This document shows, one piece after another, positions 12,054 to 23,697 of a stretch of DNA of 64,000 nt. Positions within the stretch are counted from its first letter, which is position 1. Each line of letters opens with the position of its first letter. The stretch is from the NCBI GenBank assembly GCA_963713865.1, contig OY970208.1, positions 2,144,001-2,208,000 of the forward strand, written 5' to 3'. Origin of the DNA: an uncultured candidate division Zixibacteria bacterium. GTDB lineage: Bacteria; Zixibacteria; MSB-5A5; RBG-16-43-9. Below the pieces are notes generated by a model. That model saw only the letters and a program-made list of their open reading frames with translations, made no database searches and had not been told where the DNA came from. Position numbers and translations under genes: made by a program.

Positions 12054-12311
12054 TTATTTAACCTCCACGATCATCTCGATATCTTTAACCGGACACTCTT
12101 CAGCGCATATCCCGCATCCCTTACAGTAATCTAAATCTGCCCAGTATTTCTTGTTTGCGCCAAAGACAACTCCATCCGGACAAACTGCCACACAGATCCG
12201 GCAGTCGTTACACTTTATCTGCTTGAAAATAGGTTTCTTAGTTCTCCAGGCACCGGTTTTATACGCTTTGCTTGAGCCTGGCTTGGAAACCGTTCCTTCA
12301 GGTTTAGGCAT
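12054..12311 (-). CDS. porD: Pyruvate:ferredoxin oxidoreductase delta subunit (2x4Fe-4S)
   Basis: TGAWR, two CxxCxxCxxxCP motifs, DYCKGCGIC. Confidence 0.92.
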   Translation of the reverse strand: MPKPEGTVSKPGSSKAYKTGAWRTKKPIFKQIKCNDCRICVAVCPDGVVFGANKKYWADLDYCKGCGICAEECPVKDIEMIVEVK

Positions 12312-12858
12312 TTTTAGCTCCTTTCATTATACCATAAGCTTTTTCAACTGCTGCTACATTTTTCTTCCCCAGCTCACCAGGAAATCGTTCCATAACGCTT
12401 CTTTTGATAGCCTCAAGGGAGATAAGGCCAGTTGCTCCGGCAAAAGCTCCCATCAATGTTGTATTCTGAATAGGCCTTCCTAAGATTTCCATGGCGATTT
12501 TTGATGCGGGAATAGTTAAAACTTTAGCTTTGGTCTTCAAGCCTACTTCTTCTGGACTTTTCTCTGTATCGACGATAACCAATCCATTTACCTTAAGGCC
12601 CTTCAGTAGATCGACCGCACCTATGAGTGTATAATCCTGAATAATCAGGAAATCCGGCTCGTAGATCTGGTTTCTGGCTCTGACCTTATGGTCTGCAATC
12701 CGCACAAATGATTGTACTGGTGCACCCATCCTCTCGCTGGTAAAGGTAGGAAAGGCTTGAGCATATTTGCCATCCTCAAAAGCAGCTACTGCCAGAAGCT
12801 CAGCCGCGGTAACCACACCTTGACCTCCTCTACCATGTATCCTAATCTCTTTTAACAT
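12304..12858 (-). CDS. porC: Pyruvate:ferredoxin oxidoreductase gamma subunit
   Basis: HGRGGQG and ERMGAPV motifs. Confidence 0.92.
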   Translation of the reverse strand: MLKEIRIHGRGGQGVVTAAELLAVAAFEDGKYAQAFPTFTSERMGAPVQSFVRIADHKVRARNQIYEPDFLIIQDYTLIGAVDLLKGLKVNGLVIVDTEKSPEEVGLKTKAKVLTIPASKIAMEILGRPIQNTTLMGAFAGATGLISLEAIKRSVMERFPGELGKKNVAAVEKAYGIMKGAKNA

Positions 12859-13039
12859 ATACCTCCTTTAAAGAATCAATTAAATTTATACGCTTTTTCT
12901 TCGTTTCAATTTGCTTTACTTCTAAGTCTTATATCTTTTAGAGTTTACTTGTCGAAATTTCCAGTCTTTTGAACTCTTCTTTAAACCCTTGAGCTCTTAA
13001 ACCTTTGAATTTTTAAACCTTTCTTAACGTTCACGTCTT

Positions 13040-13594
13040 TTACATTCTCGGGAGAGTGATCTTCTTCTGAGCCTGATATTTCCCTTTTTTATCCTTATAA
13101 GAAACTTCACACTCCTCATCCGCTTCAAGAAAGATTATCTGGGCGATCCCTTCATTGGCATAGATCTTGGCTGGCAGGGGTGTGGTATTGGAAATCTCCA
13201 AGGTGGCATACCCCTCCCATTCTGGTTCAAATGGGGTAACGTTTACAATTATACCACAGCGGGCATAAGTAGATTTTCCTAAACAGATTGTCAAAATGTT
13301 ACGGGGAATCTTGAAATATTCAACTGTCCGGGCAAGAATAAAGGAATTGGGGGGGATAATACAGTAATTCCCCTTTACATCAATTAAAGAACGGGGATCG
13401 AATCTTTTAGGGTCAACTATGGTAGTATTGGTATTGGTGAAGACTTTAAATTCATCTGCCACTCTTATATCATAACCATAAGAAGATAAACCATAGGAGA
13501 TCTTTTTTCTGGAAATCTGCCTTTTAGAAAAAGGTTTTATCATATCATATTTTAAAGCCATTTTTCTTATCCATCTATCCGATTTAATAGACAT
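13040..13594 (-). CDS. dcd: dCTP deaminase
   Basis: [19 protein letters not shown] and YANEGIAQ motifs. Confidence 0.96.
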   Translation of the reverse strand: MSIKSDRWIRKMALKYDMIKPFSKRQISRKKISYGLSSYGYDIRVADEFKVFTNTNTTIVDPKRFDPRSLIDVKGNYCIIPPNSFILARTVEYFKIPRNILTICLGKSTYARCGIIVNVTPFEPEWEGYATLEISNTTPLPAKIYANEGIAQIIFLEADEECEVSYKDKKGKYQAQKKITLPRM

Positions 13595-13660
13595 AAAAAT
13601 ACCCCTTTAATCTCTTTTATTTATGAAATGAAAAAAAAAGAATTCGTACTATTATAAAAA

Positions 13661-14063
13661 TCAGGTAGAGATCAGGTCTGCTAAGGTTTTTTTAGCTAAA
13701 AGATTGTTTAGATAATCCTGGGCTTTAACCCAGACTTTCCTTAATGAGCAGGTATCTTTTCTCTCACAGGGATCTGCATCATTCATACATCTGGTTAAAT
13801 AGATTGGACCCTGCACGCTCTCTAAAACATCTTTGACGGTAATCTTGTCTGGCGGTTTAGCCAGTGAGAATCCGCCTCTAGCACCACGATGTGATTGTAC
13901 TAAACCAGAACCTGGTGTAGCCCTGAAAGATCTTGGCTAAGAATTTCTCGGGAATATCCTCATTTTCGGAGATTTCCGACAGACGAACTATCCTTTTTGC
14001 GGGCTGTTGAGCTAAATATAAGATACCCAGAAAACCATAATCTCCTGCTTTGGTCAATTCCAT
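13661..14063 (-). CDS. Rrf2 family Fe-S transcriptional regulator, apparent +1 frameshift at 13905-13911
   Basis: Removing one base gives ...LAKIFQGYTRSGLVQSHRGARGGFSLAKPPDKITVKDV...RCMNDADPCERKDTCSL...LADLIST-TGA; span is 403 nt = 3n+1; three C-terminal Cys. Confidence 0.88.
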
Positions 14064-14155
14064 AATAACCTGCCTTTTAAGTTAAAAAGACTATTACTAT
14101 CTACAAAGTTAAGATAGTAACTTATTTGATTCTGTCAATAAAAATCTTTGAGAAT

Positions 14156-14173
14156 TTGTTACTTTTTTCACAA
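14156..14173. promoter_or_regulatory. Rex-like operator upstream of the Rrf2 gene
   Basis: TTGTTAC-TTTT-TTCACAA versus Rex consensus TTGTGAA-N4-TTCACAA. Confidence 0.4.
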
Positions 14174-14262
14174 ACAAAATAAGGCTAACTTAGTCTTTAT
14201 TATTATTAATCAATAACTTACAAAGACAAAGCCCAGTGTATAACATTAAGATACATATAGGT

Positions 14263-15762
14263 TTATCTTTTATCCCAATTTCTCAGGAATTCTAAAAACA
14301 ATCGGACTCCAAAACCAACCGGGCCTTTAGGTATATAAGGCTTACTTTTTTCCTCCCAGTCTCTACCAGCAATATCTAAATGTGCCCAGGGAGTTTTTCC
14401 TATAAACTTCTTTAAAAAAGCGGCTGCCGTTATTGTTCCTGCAGGTCTGCCACCTGAATTTTTCATATCTGCTAAATCACTCTTTATCTGCTCATCATAT
14501 TCCTCATGCAAAGGTAATTCCCAGACCTTTTCCCCGGTTTTTTCTGCTGACCTTTTCACTTTATTTAACAGCCTCTGGTCATTACCCAAAAGACCAGCCA
14601 CTACATTCCCTAAAGCGATCACACAGGCACCGGTTAAAGTTGCTATATCTAAAATCGCTTTAGGTTCATATTTCTGGGCATAAGCTAAAGCATCTGCCAG
14701 GATCAAACGCCCTTCAGCATCAGTTGAGATTATCTCAATCGTCTTGCCAGAGTATGATTTGATTATATCCCCTGGCTTATAAGCTGTTCCGGAGGGCAGG
14801 TTTTCTGTGGCCGGGACCAACCCTATCAGATGAACCGGAATACCTTCTCTGGCTGCACAAGCCATTGTTGCTATCACTGCGGCACCACCTGCCATATCCC
14901 CCTTCATCTCCCACATTCCATCTGATGGCTTTATAGATATCCCGCCAGAATCAAAAGTTATGGCTTTGCCAACTAAGACTATTGTACCCTTTCTCTTTTT
15001 CTCCGGCATATGCTCCATAACAATAAATTTAGCTGGCTGCTGGCTCCCTTGTGCCACAGCTAAAAGAGCCCCGAATTTTAGCTTTTCCAAATCAGCAGGG
15101 GATAAGACTTCACATCTGAATTTATATTCTTTGGAAAGATTTAAAGCGATTTCAGCCATCTTGCCTGGAGTCATCACATTACTCGGATGGTCCACCATAT
15201 TCCGTGCTAAATTAGTTCCCCAGGAGTTTATCTCACCGGTTTTCATCCCTTTTTCGATAACATTCTTTTTTGTTTTATCTTCTTCAAAGATGGTCATACT
15301 ATCGACTTCAAACAGCTCCTCTTTACCTTCGGTTTTATACTGGGCCAGATGATAAGAAGAAAGCAAAGTCCCCTCAGTCAGGGCTTGGGCAGATGATTGA
15401 AAATCGATCCCTTTCTGCCCTCTGCCATAAAGACAGCTTACGTAGTTTTTTATCTTTAGCTCCTTAACTTTTTTATAAACCGTACCTGCCGCTTGTCTGA
15501 TCTTGTCCAGTTCAAACTTCTCCCTTTTACCCAGCCCAACCAGGATAACCCTCTTCATTACAAAACTCTTAGGATACAGAACAGCAGTTTGGTTCAGCTT
15601 TGCAGTGAAATCACCGCTTTTCAGAAGTTGAGAGATTGCTCCCTCTAACTTTTTATCTAAAACCTTAGCTTCTTTAGCTAGTCCCTGTCCTTCAAAAATT
15701 CCTAAAGCCAGAGCTTCAGCTTTTGGCTCTTCCATCTTCCCTAATTTAAGCTCAACTTTCAT
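14263..15762 (-). CDS. pepA: Leucyl aminopeptidase (M17)
   Basis: GKAITFDSGG, MKGDMAG, TDAEGRL and ATLTGA motifs. Confidence 0.95.
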   Translation of the reverse strand: MKVELKLGKMEEPKAEALALGIFEGQGLAKEAKVLDKKLEGAISQLLKSGDFTAKLNQTAVLYPKSFVMKRVILVGLGKREKFELDKIRQAAGTVYKKVKELKIKNYVSCLYGRGQKGIDFQSSAQALTEGTLLSSYHLAQYKTEGKEELFEVDSMTIFEEDKTKKNVIEKGMKTGEINSWGTNLARNMVDHPSNVMTPGKMAEIALNLSKEYKFRCEVLSPADLEKLKFGALLAVAQGSQQPAKFIVMEHMPEKKRKGTIVLVGKAITFDSGGISIKPSDGMWEMKGDMAGGAAVIATMACAAREGIPVHLIGLVPATENLPSGTAYKPGDIIKSYSGKTIEIISTDAEGRLILADALAYAQKYEPKAILDIATLTGACVIALGNVVAGLLGNDQRLLNKVKRSAEKTGEKVWELPLHEEYDEQIKSDLADMKNSGGRPAGTITAAAFLKKFIGKTPWAHLDIAGRDWEEKSKPYIPKGPVGFGVRLFLEFLRNWDKR

Positions 15763-15941
15763 TTTAAACTCCTTTTGAAGTTGGTTTTTAACCTGGGTAA
15801 AATTATAATAGATAAGAAAAAGATAAGCAAGGAATATTTGAATACTGATTGAAAGGTGTAGGGGTTCAAAATTTTGAAATCCTACAAAAAAATCCTGTCA
15901 TAAACGTCGAGACGCATTGCATGCGTCTATACTAATTATTA

Positions 15942-16094
15942 TGGAGTGCATCAGCTTGCTGATGTTCCTTAAATGCAATTATGATGACTCGGGAATAGTC
16001 TCTAGATCCCCTATGGGGAAAATTCTCAAAACTAATCAGTATCGGCATTCCCTAATGCTGACGCACCAACATGGCATCCGTAGGATGCACTCCA
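15942..16094. repeat. MITE-like element with 11-bp terminal inverted repeats
   Basis: TGGAGTGCATC ... GATGCACTCCA, with several internal hairpins. Confidence 0.55.
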
Positions 16095-16179
16095 CTCCAA
16101 AAAACTGTAGGGGCACATTGTCCCGTCATCGGCGGGATGCCCTCCTCTAAACTCCTAACTAACAAACTCTAAACTGTTT

Positions 16180-17721
16180 TCAAATACACGGTGCCGGTCC
16201 AAACTTGAAAAGATAATTGATTAAATAAACTATATCGCCAAGCGATACTTTCCCATCACAATTTGTATCTCCAGTCTGAATCGGTTCAGGTGCAGGACCA
16301 AATTTGAAAAGATAGTTTATCAGATAAACTATGTCTGAAAGACTTACCTTTTTATCACTGTTAGCATCCCCGCGCAGAAACTGGACATACTTGATCGTGA
16401 GAAAGTCATAATCAGTGTTACCGAAGCTTCCACCGGTTACGTAGACACTACCTTTGTCATCGAGAGCTATGGCATAAGCCTTATCGCTATCACTGGCTGG
16501 TCCATCATATATTTGTTGCCAGAGCAGATTTCCAGTTGAATCATATTTTAAGGTAGCATAGTCCCACCTGGGTGGGTCGCCAGTACATATAGTAAAACCT
16601 GTGACGTAGGTGTTACCCTTATGGTCTATTGCTAAGTCAAAAGCATTATCCCCGCACCCTGGTGGTCGATTGTATCTTCTCACCCAGGCGGTATCCCCAT
16701 TGGGGTAATATTTTATGGTAGCGAAGTCATGGCTGGTGGTGGCATCGCCCACACTCTGTCCGGTTACATAGGAATTACCTGAACTATCTACAGCTATGGA
16801 CATCACGACGTCAAAGCCATTCCCCGGTCCATTATATCTTTTATCCCAAAGCTTATTTCCTGAGGGATCATACTTTATAGTTAAATAGTCCAGAGCTGTC
16901 CCTATGCCGGTGCTTGCTCCAGTAACATAAACATTGCCTGAGCCATCGAGAGCTATTCTCAAGGCGCCATCCATAGAATCTCTCGGTCCGTTATATCTTC
17001 TAACCCAGCCAGTATCACCATTAGGCTTATATTTTATCGTGGCAATGTCATAATCGGTCCCGATACCGTAACTCCATCCGGTTACATAGACATTGCCGGA
17101 CGAGTCCACTACCAATGCTTCAGCAATATCCTGACCATTTCCAGATCCATTATACCTGCTTACCCAAAAGATGTCTCCGTTAGGGTAATACTTTACGGTA
17201 GCATAATCACCAGATGTCCCGCTCCCATTACTGTGTCCTGTCACATAAACATAACCAGAATCATCCACTGCCAAACCATAAGCCCAATCGTGCCCGTTTG
17301 CCAGACCGTTGTATCTTCTTACCCAGGCAGTGTCACCGCTAGGGGAATATTTGATAGTAGCATAATCATTGTCTGACACGCTGCTCTTACTTCCTCCCGT
17401 CACATATACATTACCGAAGCCATCTATCGCAATAGCTGAAGGCCAGTCACTGGCATTCCCTGGTCCGTTGTATCTCCTAACCCAAGCAGTATCTCCATTA
17501 GGAAAATATTTTATGGTGGCATAATCATCGTTAAGCCCACCACTCGAACTATTACCAGTCACATAGATATTGCCGGAATTATCTATAGTTATTGCCTGAG
17601 CTATATCTGTTGAGTTTCCAGGGCCATTATATCTTCTCACCCAGGCGGTGTCAACTGACTGAGCGAAAAGGGGTAAAGCTAAAAATAAAACCAAGAGGAA
17701 AGTTAAAAGCAATCTGGTCAT
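16180..17721 (-). CDS. Secreted beta-propeller (SBBP-like) repeat protein with C-terminal dockerin-like domain
   Basis: Signal peptide; about 8 repeats of WVRRYNG...D.SGNVYVTG...DYATIKY; duplicated GD.N.D.KVSL.DIVYLINYLF. Confidence 0.88.
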   Translation of the reverse strand: MTRLLLTFLLVLFLALPLFAQSVDTAWVRRYNGPGNSTDIAQAITIDNSGNIYVTGNSSSGGLNDDYATIKYFPNGDTAWVRRYNGPGNASDWPSAIAIDGFGNVYVTGGSKSSVSDNDYATIKYSPSGDTAWVRRYNGLANGHDWAYGLAVDDSGYVYVTGHSNGSGTSGDYATVKYYPNGDIFWVSRYNGSGNGQDIAEALVVDSSGNVYVTGWSYGIGTDYDIATIKYKPNGDTGWVRRYNGPRDSMDGALRIALDGSGNVYVTGASTGIGTALDYLTIKYDPSGNKLWDKRYNGPGNGFDVVMSIAVDSSGNSYVTGQSVGDATTSHDFATIKYYPNGDTAWVRRYNRPPGCGDNAFDLAIDHKGNTYVTGFTICTGDPPRWDYATLKYDSTGNLLWQQIYDGPASDSDKAYAIALDDKGSVYVTGGSFGNTDYDFLTIKYVQFLRGDANSDKKVSLSDIVYLINYLFKFGPAPEPIQTGDTNCDGKVSLGDIVYLINYLFKFGPAPCI

Positions 17722-17877
17722 AAATCCTCCTTTTTTAAAAGAGCGGTTAGGTTCGTTATTTTCAAAATTAATATAAGTAGTTTTTTTGATTTTGCAAAGG
17801 GTTTTTTTATTAAAGGGAGATGTTAAATGGAAAACGTGAGACGAAAGAAGAGTTCAAAGACTCGAAGGTCCAGAGCA

Positions 17878-18115
17878 TAACCTCACCCTAAACCGTAATC
17901 CCACCTTGCGAGCAAGGTCGGGGGATTTAAGCGTAGAGACGCATCGCATGCATCTCTGCAAATATCTCGACCCAGGTTGAGGGCAACCTGGGTCTACCGA
18001 TCGTACTACGAATCGGTAACCCCACCTCGCCTACAAAGTGGGATTTTATGTTGTAGTGCGTCCCGCTGTTAGCGGGATTAACCTCGCCAAAGCGAACCTG
18101 AAGGTTCGTACTATG
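17878..18115. repeat. Compound cluster of REP-like hairpins downstream of the nuo operon
   Basis: Includes GTAGAGACGCATCGCATGCATCTCT, GACCCAGGTTG..CAACCTGGGTCTAC, TCCCGCTGTTAGCGGGA and CGAACCTGAAGGTTCG. Confidence 0.7.
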
Positions 18116-18121
18116 AAAAAA

Positions 18122-19583
18122 TTAAAAAATCGAATAGTAGGCTAAATCTAAGAGGGGTTGAGGGAAGATACCGAAAGCTAAAACTCCTATTCCTGCAAGA
18201 AATATCACAAGCCCCAAAGAGAAAGGTATCGAAACTGGTTTTAACTCTTTCTCTGCTGGTTTCATAAACATATAGACAATAACTCTTAAATAATAATAAA
18301 CCGAGATAAAACTATTTATCACCGCGATTATCACCAATCCCAAATATCCAGAACTTTACCGCAGAACTGAAGATATAAAATTTACCTAAGAATCCCGCAG
18401 TTGGTGGGAAACCTGCTAAAGAAAACATAAAGATAGCCATAAAAACGCCTAAGAACGGATTTTTCAAACCTGCACCAGCATATTCCTTGAAAAGGTCAGT
18501 CCCTTCTTTCTCTTTTGAGCCCATTGAGATAATCACCGCAAAAGCACCCAGGTTCATCAAAACATAAACAAACAGATAAAACATAACAGATGAAATAGCA
18601 GTATTCCCTCCTGCCACCAGAGCAATTAGAATATATCCTACATGAGCAATGGAAGAATAAGCCAAAAGTCTTTTTAAATTGGTTTGCCATAAAGCTAAAA
18701 GATTTCCAGTGGTCATAGAGAGGACCGATAAAATCCAGAAAACCATAGTCCAGTCAGGCTTGATCGAAGAAAAAGCTAAAAGGAAAACTCTTAATAAAAC
18801 CGTAAACCCGGCTGCCTTGGGACCGGCGGAGATGAAACCGGCAACCGGTGTCGGAGCACCCTCGAAAACATCCGGCATCCACATATGAAAAGGAACCGAG
18901 GCGATTTTAAACCCGAACCCGACTATCAAAAGCCCTATGCCGGCGAAAAGGAGAAAGTCTTTTCCTCCGCCTGAGACAGCTTGTGTAAAAGGAACTAAAA
19001 ATATTATCTTTTCTAAATTGGTAGTGCCCAAACTTCCGTAAATTAAAGCGATCCCGTATAAAAGAAAACCGGTAGCAAAAGCACCCATCAGGAAGAACTT
19101 CATCGAGGCTTCATTCGACCTCAAATCCTTCTTTCTAAAACCGGATAGGATATAAAGCGAAACCGATACGATTTCCAATCCCAAGAATATCACTATAAGA
19201 TCAAGAGTAGAAGCCATCAGCATCATTCCCATTGTAGCAAAGAGAACTAAAGCGTAATAATCCCCTCTCACTAATTCTTCTCTTTTAAGATAGCTTAAGG
19301 AAAGAAGGATCACAAAGAAAGAGCTTAGAAGAAAAATAAAAGAGAAAAACAAAGCGAAATTATCTGCTAAAGCCATTCCCTTAAAAGCAATGAGCTGATA
19401 GTCATAAAGGTTGAAACAGAAAATGAAAGATATGACAATCCCGATCCAGGCAAGATGAGCTAAAATCCCTTTTTTATCCTTAGGTAGAAAAGCCTCCAAG
19501 AGCAAAAGGAGAAATCCGAAAACCGCTAAAGTGATTTCCGGCATGATCACATTCCAGTTAATTCCGATTGAACTCAAATCCAT
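18122..19583 (-). CDS. nuoN: NADH-quinone oxidoreductase subunit N, apparent +1 frameshift at 18348-18354
   Basis: PFHMWMPDV and LKRLLAYSSI; ORFs 18312..19583 and 18122..18343 join as FSSAVKSGYLGLVII after removing one base. Confidence 0.93.
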
Positions 19584-19612
19584 ATTGTTTTTCTTTTTAA
19601 ATCAGTTTTAAT

Positions 19613-19735
19613 GTAGCGGAGGTCTTCAGACCTCCATTAATATGTGGAAGGCTGAAACCTTTCACTACATTCAACCTCTTCCTGTCCCTCTCCTTATAAA
19701 GGAGAGGGAACGTCGGGCATAAAGCCCGACGCTAC
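19613..19735. repeat. Cluster of three palindromic elements between nuoN and the glutaredoxin-like gene
   Basis: GTAGCGGAGGTCTTCAGACCTCC..CACTAC (similar copy at 7432-7503); CCCTCTCCTTATAAAGGAGAGGG (copy at 21630-21652); CGTCGGGCATAAAGCCCGACGCTAC (copy at 6156). Confidence 0.8.
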
Positions 19736-19741
19736 TTTCCC

Positions 19742-19762
19742 ACTCTGACCCACGGTCAGAAT
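19742..19762 (-). promoter_or_regulatory. Putative bacterial SECIS hairpin
   Basis: AUUCUGACC-GUG-GGUCAGAGU; the loop begins 18 nt after the in-frame UGA. Confidence 0.75.
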
Positions 19763-19978
19763 TTAAAATCCTCATGCACCTCCGAATCCGACTGTTACTT
19801 TCCCATCCTCCACCATCACCGGCACAGCTTTTCTCTTAGCTAAATTCAATAACTCTTCCTGATATTCCGGATTCTTTATCACGTCAATCTCTTTATATTT
19901 GATCCCTTTTTTATCCAAATCCTCTTTCAAGGTTTTACAAAAAGGACATCCCTCTCTTATATAAATTGTAACCGCCAT
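19763..19978 (-). CDS. UXX-stop (Uxx-star type) glutaredoxin-like selenoprotein
   Basis: CPFC glutaredoxin fold; C-terminus GGT GCA TGA GGA TTT TAA = GFGGA-U-GF-stop, followed by a SECIS-like hairpin. Confidence 0.82.
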
Positions 19979-20033
19979 AATCTCCTCCTTCCTTCCTATA
20001 ACCTATTACCTACCACCTATTACCTGTGAATTA

Positions 20034-21608
20034 TCATTTACAACCTTGAACCGACCCTGTTACCTCCATCATTTCACATTTATTAATGGATTCCTTTTCC
20101 ACCGAAGCTGATGAATTGGTTTTATCATTTACATACTCCAGCATACTCTTAACCGAAGGCTCTATCTTAGACAAAAACGGCTTGGGATAAAAGCCGATCC
20201 AGAAGATTAAAAGAACTATCGGTATTAAAATCAGCTTCTCCCTTAGATTCAAATCTATAAGTTTTTTGTTCTCCTCATTTTTTACTTCTTGGAACAAAAC
20301 TCTCTGAATCATCCAGAGCATATAGACTGCAGCTAAGATAATACCCACTGCTCCCAAAACCGCATAAACCGTTTTAGAATTAAAAGCTCCCAACAGGATT
20401 AAAAATTCACCTACGAATCCGTTGGTTCCGGGTAATCCGATAGAAGATAAAGTTACGATCATAAAGAAAGTCGCAAAAACTGGAACCACTTTGGCGATTC
20501 CACCATAATCCTCAATTAAGCGAGTATGCCTCCTCTCGTAGATCATCCCCACGATTAAGAACAATGCACCGGTGGAAATCCCATGATTTATCATCTGCAA
20601 AATCCCGCCCTCGATTCCCTGCATATTCAAAGCAAAAAGACCTAACATCACAAATCCAAGATGGCTCACGCTGGAAAAAGCCACTAAACTTTTTATATCC
20701 TTCTGCATAGTGGAGACTAAAGCTCCATATATTATTCCGATGATAGCCAGAATGGAGAAAAGAGGAACGAAATTCATAAAGGCATTCGGGAACAAAGGCA
20801 AGCAGAATCTCAAAAAACCGTATGTCCCCATTTTCAGTAATACACCTGCCAGAAGGACACTTCCGGCAGTTGGAGCTTCAACGTGTGCATCTGGAAGCCA
20901 GGTATGAAAAGGAAACATTGGCACTTTAATTGCAAAAGCCAATGCAAAAGCTAAAAATAGCCAGGTTTGAGCACCCAGGGGGATAGGGAGTTGTAAAATC
21001 TTTATAAGATCGAAACTGTATTCGCCCGTATAACTATAGTTCATAAAGTATAAAACCAGAATCGCCACCAGCATAAAGATACTGCCTAACATCGTGAACA
21101 GGACGAACTTGATAGTTGCATAGATTTTGCGTGGACCTCCCCAGATCCCGATCAGGAAATACATGGGAATGAGCATTGCTTCCCAGAAAACGTAGAATAA
21201 AAACAGGTCCAGGCTCACAAAAACACCGATCATACCTGCTTCTAGGAGAAGCATGGTGATCATATACCCCTTCACCTTATCCTGAATAGCGCTCCAGGAG
21301 AAAAGTATAGCTAATGGCGAAAGGAAAGTAGTAAGAAGAACCAGAAATAAACTTATCCCGTCTATACCTAAATGGAAGTTGATCCCTAAACTCTGAATCC
21401 AGATACGGTCGATCTCAAACTGGAAACCTGAATTACCTGTTTGAAAATTAAAATAAAGATAAAGAGATAATATGAAATTCAGAAAAGAGACAATAAAGGC
21501 AAACGATTTTATCGTTCCAACCTTTTCTCTACCAATTAAAAGAAGTAAAAGTCCGCCTACTAGCGGGATAAAAACCAAAAGTGTTAAGATATATCCTGAC
21601 ATATTCAT
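20034..21608 (-). CDS. nuoM: NADH-quinone oxidoreductase subunit M
   Basis: [20 protein letters not shown] and LLKMG motifs. Confidence 0.96.
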   Translation of the reverse strand: MNMSGYILTLLVFIPLVGGLLLLLIGREKVGTIKSFAFIVSFLNFILSLYLYFNFQTGNSGFQFEIDRIWIQSLGINFHLGIDGISLFLVLLTTFLSPLAILFSWSAIQDKVKGYMITMLLLEAGMIGVFVSLDLFLFYVFWEAMLIPMYFLIGIWGGPRKIYATIKFVLFTMLGSIFMLVAILVLYFMNYSYTGEYSFDLIKILQLPIPLGAQTWLFLAFALAFAIKVPMFPFHTWLPDAHVEAPTAGSVLLAGVLLKMGTYGFLRFCLPLFPNAFMNFVPLFSILAIIGIIYGALVSTMQKDIKSLVAFSSVSHLGFVMLGLFALNMQGIEGGILQMINHGISTGALFLIVGMIYERRHTRLIEDYGGIAKVVPVFATFFMIVTLSSIGLPGTNGFVGEFLILLGAFNSKTVYAVLGAVGIILAAVYMLWMIQRVLFQEVKNEENKKLIDLNLREKLILIPIVLLIFWIGFYPKPFLSKIEPSVKSMLEYVNDKTNSSASVEKESINKCEMMEVTGSVQGCK

Positions 21609-21666
21609 CTCGAGATAACCTCACCCTGACCCTCTCCTTATAAAGGAGAGGGGAAAATAATCATAA

Positions 21667-23575
21667 TCATCTCCATATAAAATAGGCTAAAATTAAAAGT
21701 GCACCCAGGACCATTCCTAAGGCGTAATTGCGAACATAGCCGGTTTGAATCTTCCTGCCCATTCCCGCAAACCAGTTAACTATATCCGCTAATCCATTTG
21801 CCATCCCATCGATGACTTTAATATCAATGAACTGCCATAAGAAAGTGGCGAATTTCAATAAAGGATTAACAATTACTTTGAAATAAAGCTCGTCTATATA
21901 ATACTTATTCAAAACGACTTTATAAAGGAAACTGAATCTTTCCGCTAACCTCTTGGGCAGCTCAGGGGTTTTGATATAAAATCTATAGGCGAAAAATATG
22001 CCTAACAAAGCCACTGCAACTGAGACTGCCATCACCAGATATTCAGTTAAAGGAGAATGTATTGCCATCTCCCCTTTTTCGCCAAAGACCGGAGATAAAA
22101 AGTGCTCAAAACCATTTCCTCCACCTAACGATTTGGGAATTCCCACATAACCACCGATAACCGATAGAACTGCCAAAATCATCAGGGGTATGGTCATCAC
22201 CTTTGGAGATTCGTGGATGTGATGTTTAACTGATTCCTCCACTCTGGATTTTCCAAAGAAAGTCAAGAATAGTAACCGGAACATATAAAATGCGGTCATC
22301 CCCGCAGTTGCAACTCCGATAATCCAGAGGAAAATGTTTCCTTGAGAGAAAGCTTTCCATAAAATCTCATCTTTGCTAAAGAAACCAGAGAATAAAGGAA
22401 TTCCGGAAATAGCCAAGACCGCCATAAAAACTGTCCAGAAAGTAGCTGGAAGTTTTTGTTTGAGAGCTCCCATCTTCTGCATATTCAGTTCGCCGGACAG
22501 AGCATGCATCACGCTTCCTGCACCCAAGAAGAGCAGAGCCTTGAAAAAAGCATGAATCATTAGATGGAAAATCCCGGCCGCAAATGCACCCACTCCACAT
22601 CCAAGGAACATATAGCCAAGCTGGCTGATGGTTGAATAAGCCAGGACTCTTTTGATGTCGTTCTGCACCATCCCGATGGAAGCGGTATAGATTGCAGTAA
22701 TTGCACCGATAACGGCAACCAAACCCATGGTAAAAGGAGCTAACTCATAAAGTATGTGACATCTGGCTACCATATAAACCCCGGCTGTTACCATAGTAGC
22801 TGCATGAATTAAAGCTGAGACCGGGGTAGGTCCCTCCATTGCATCCGGAAGCCAGAACATACAAAGGTATCTGGGCAGACTTCCCCACTGCTCCCATAAA
22901 GAGAAGCAGGGTAATTGCAGTTACCAGACCACCACCTGCGATAAGGGTCGAGGGTGCAGACTGGAAAACCTCTGTATAGTTAAGGCTCCCGAAAGTCCAG
23001 AAGATAAGCATAACTCCTAAAGCGAAACCGAAATCTCCAATTCGATTTACGACAAAAGCTTTCTTGGCCGCATCCGAAGCAGATTTCTTCTCATACCAGA
23101 AACCGATTAAAAGATAAGAGCATAATCCCACTGCTTCCCAACCCAGGTAAAGCAAGAGGAAGTTATTAGCTAAAACCAGCATCAACATCGAGAAAACAAA
23201 AAGGTTAAGAAAAGAGAAGAACCTGGAAAATCCTTTATCCTCATGCATATAACCAACAGAATACACGTGAATTAAAAATCCCACTCCGGTTACCACTAAA
23301 AGCATAACACAGGACAAGGGGTCAACCAAAAAAGAGATATTAACCTTGAAAAACCCGGAGTAAATCCAAGGAAAGACTATTTTTTCAAAAACCCTTCCGT
23401 TTGCAGGTAAAGCTAAAAGCTCAAAGAAAATTTTTATCGATATAAGGAAAGAAAGCCCGACTGAGCCACATCCGATCCAGGAGACAAGGGTCTTTCCCAG
23501 TTTTTTACCCAGTAGTCCGTTGATTAAAAATCCTGAGAGCGGAAGTAAAGGTATTAACCAGATATAATTAATCAT
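21667..23575 (-). CDS. nuoL: NADH-quinone oxidoreductase subunit L, apparent +1 frameshift at 22852-22858
   Basis: Two ORFs join into the invariant [32 protein letters not shown] after removing one base. Confidence 0.94.
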
Positions 23576-23697
23576 CTTCTTTCCCTACTTTTTATAGGGT
23601 AACCCTTTAGGGTTGCTTATTTTCGCAAGGCTAAAGACTTACCCTACTTTCTCCTTGTTATCCGTCATCCGTAATTCATCATCCGTCATCTCTTTTC

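Noticed and set aside
15917-16150. Short ORFs over repeats or antisense to real genes (e.g. 259..444, 2444..2686, 15917..16150, 35832..36110, 39124..39510, 54889..55188, 63340..63534)
   Set aside because: They overlap palindromic repeats or lie antisense to well-supported genes and show no recognisable motifs.
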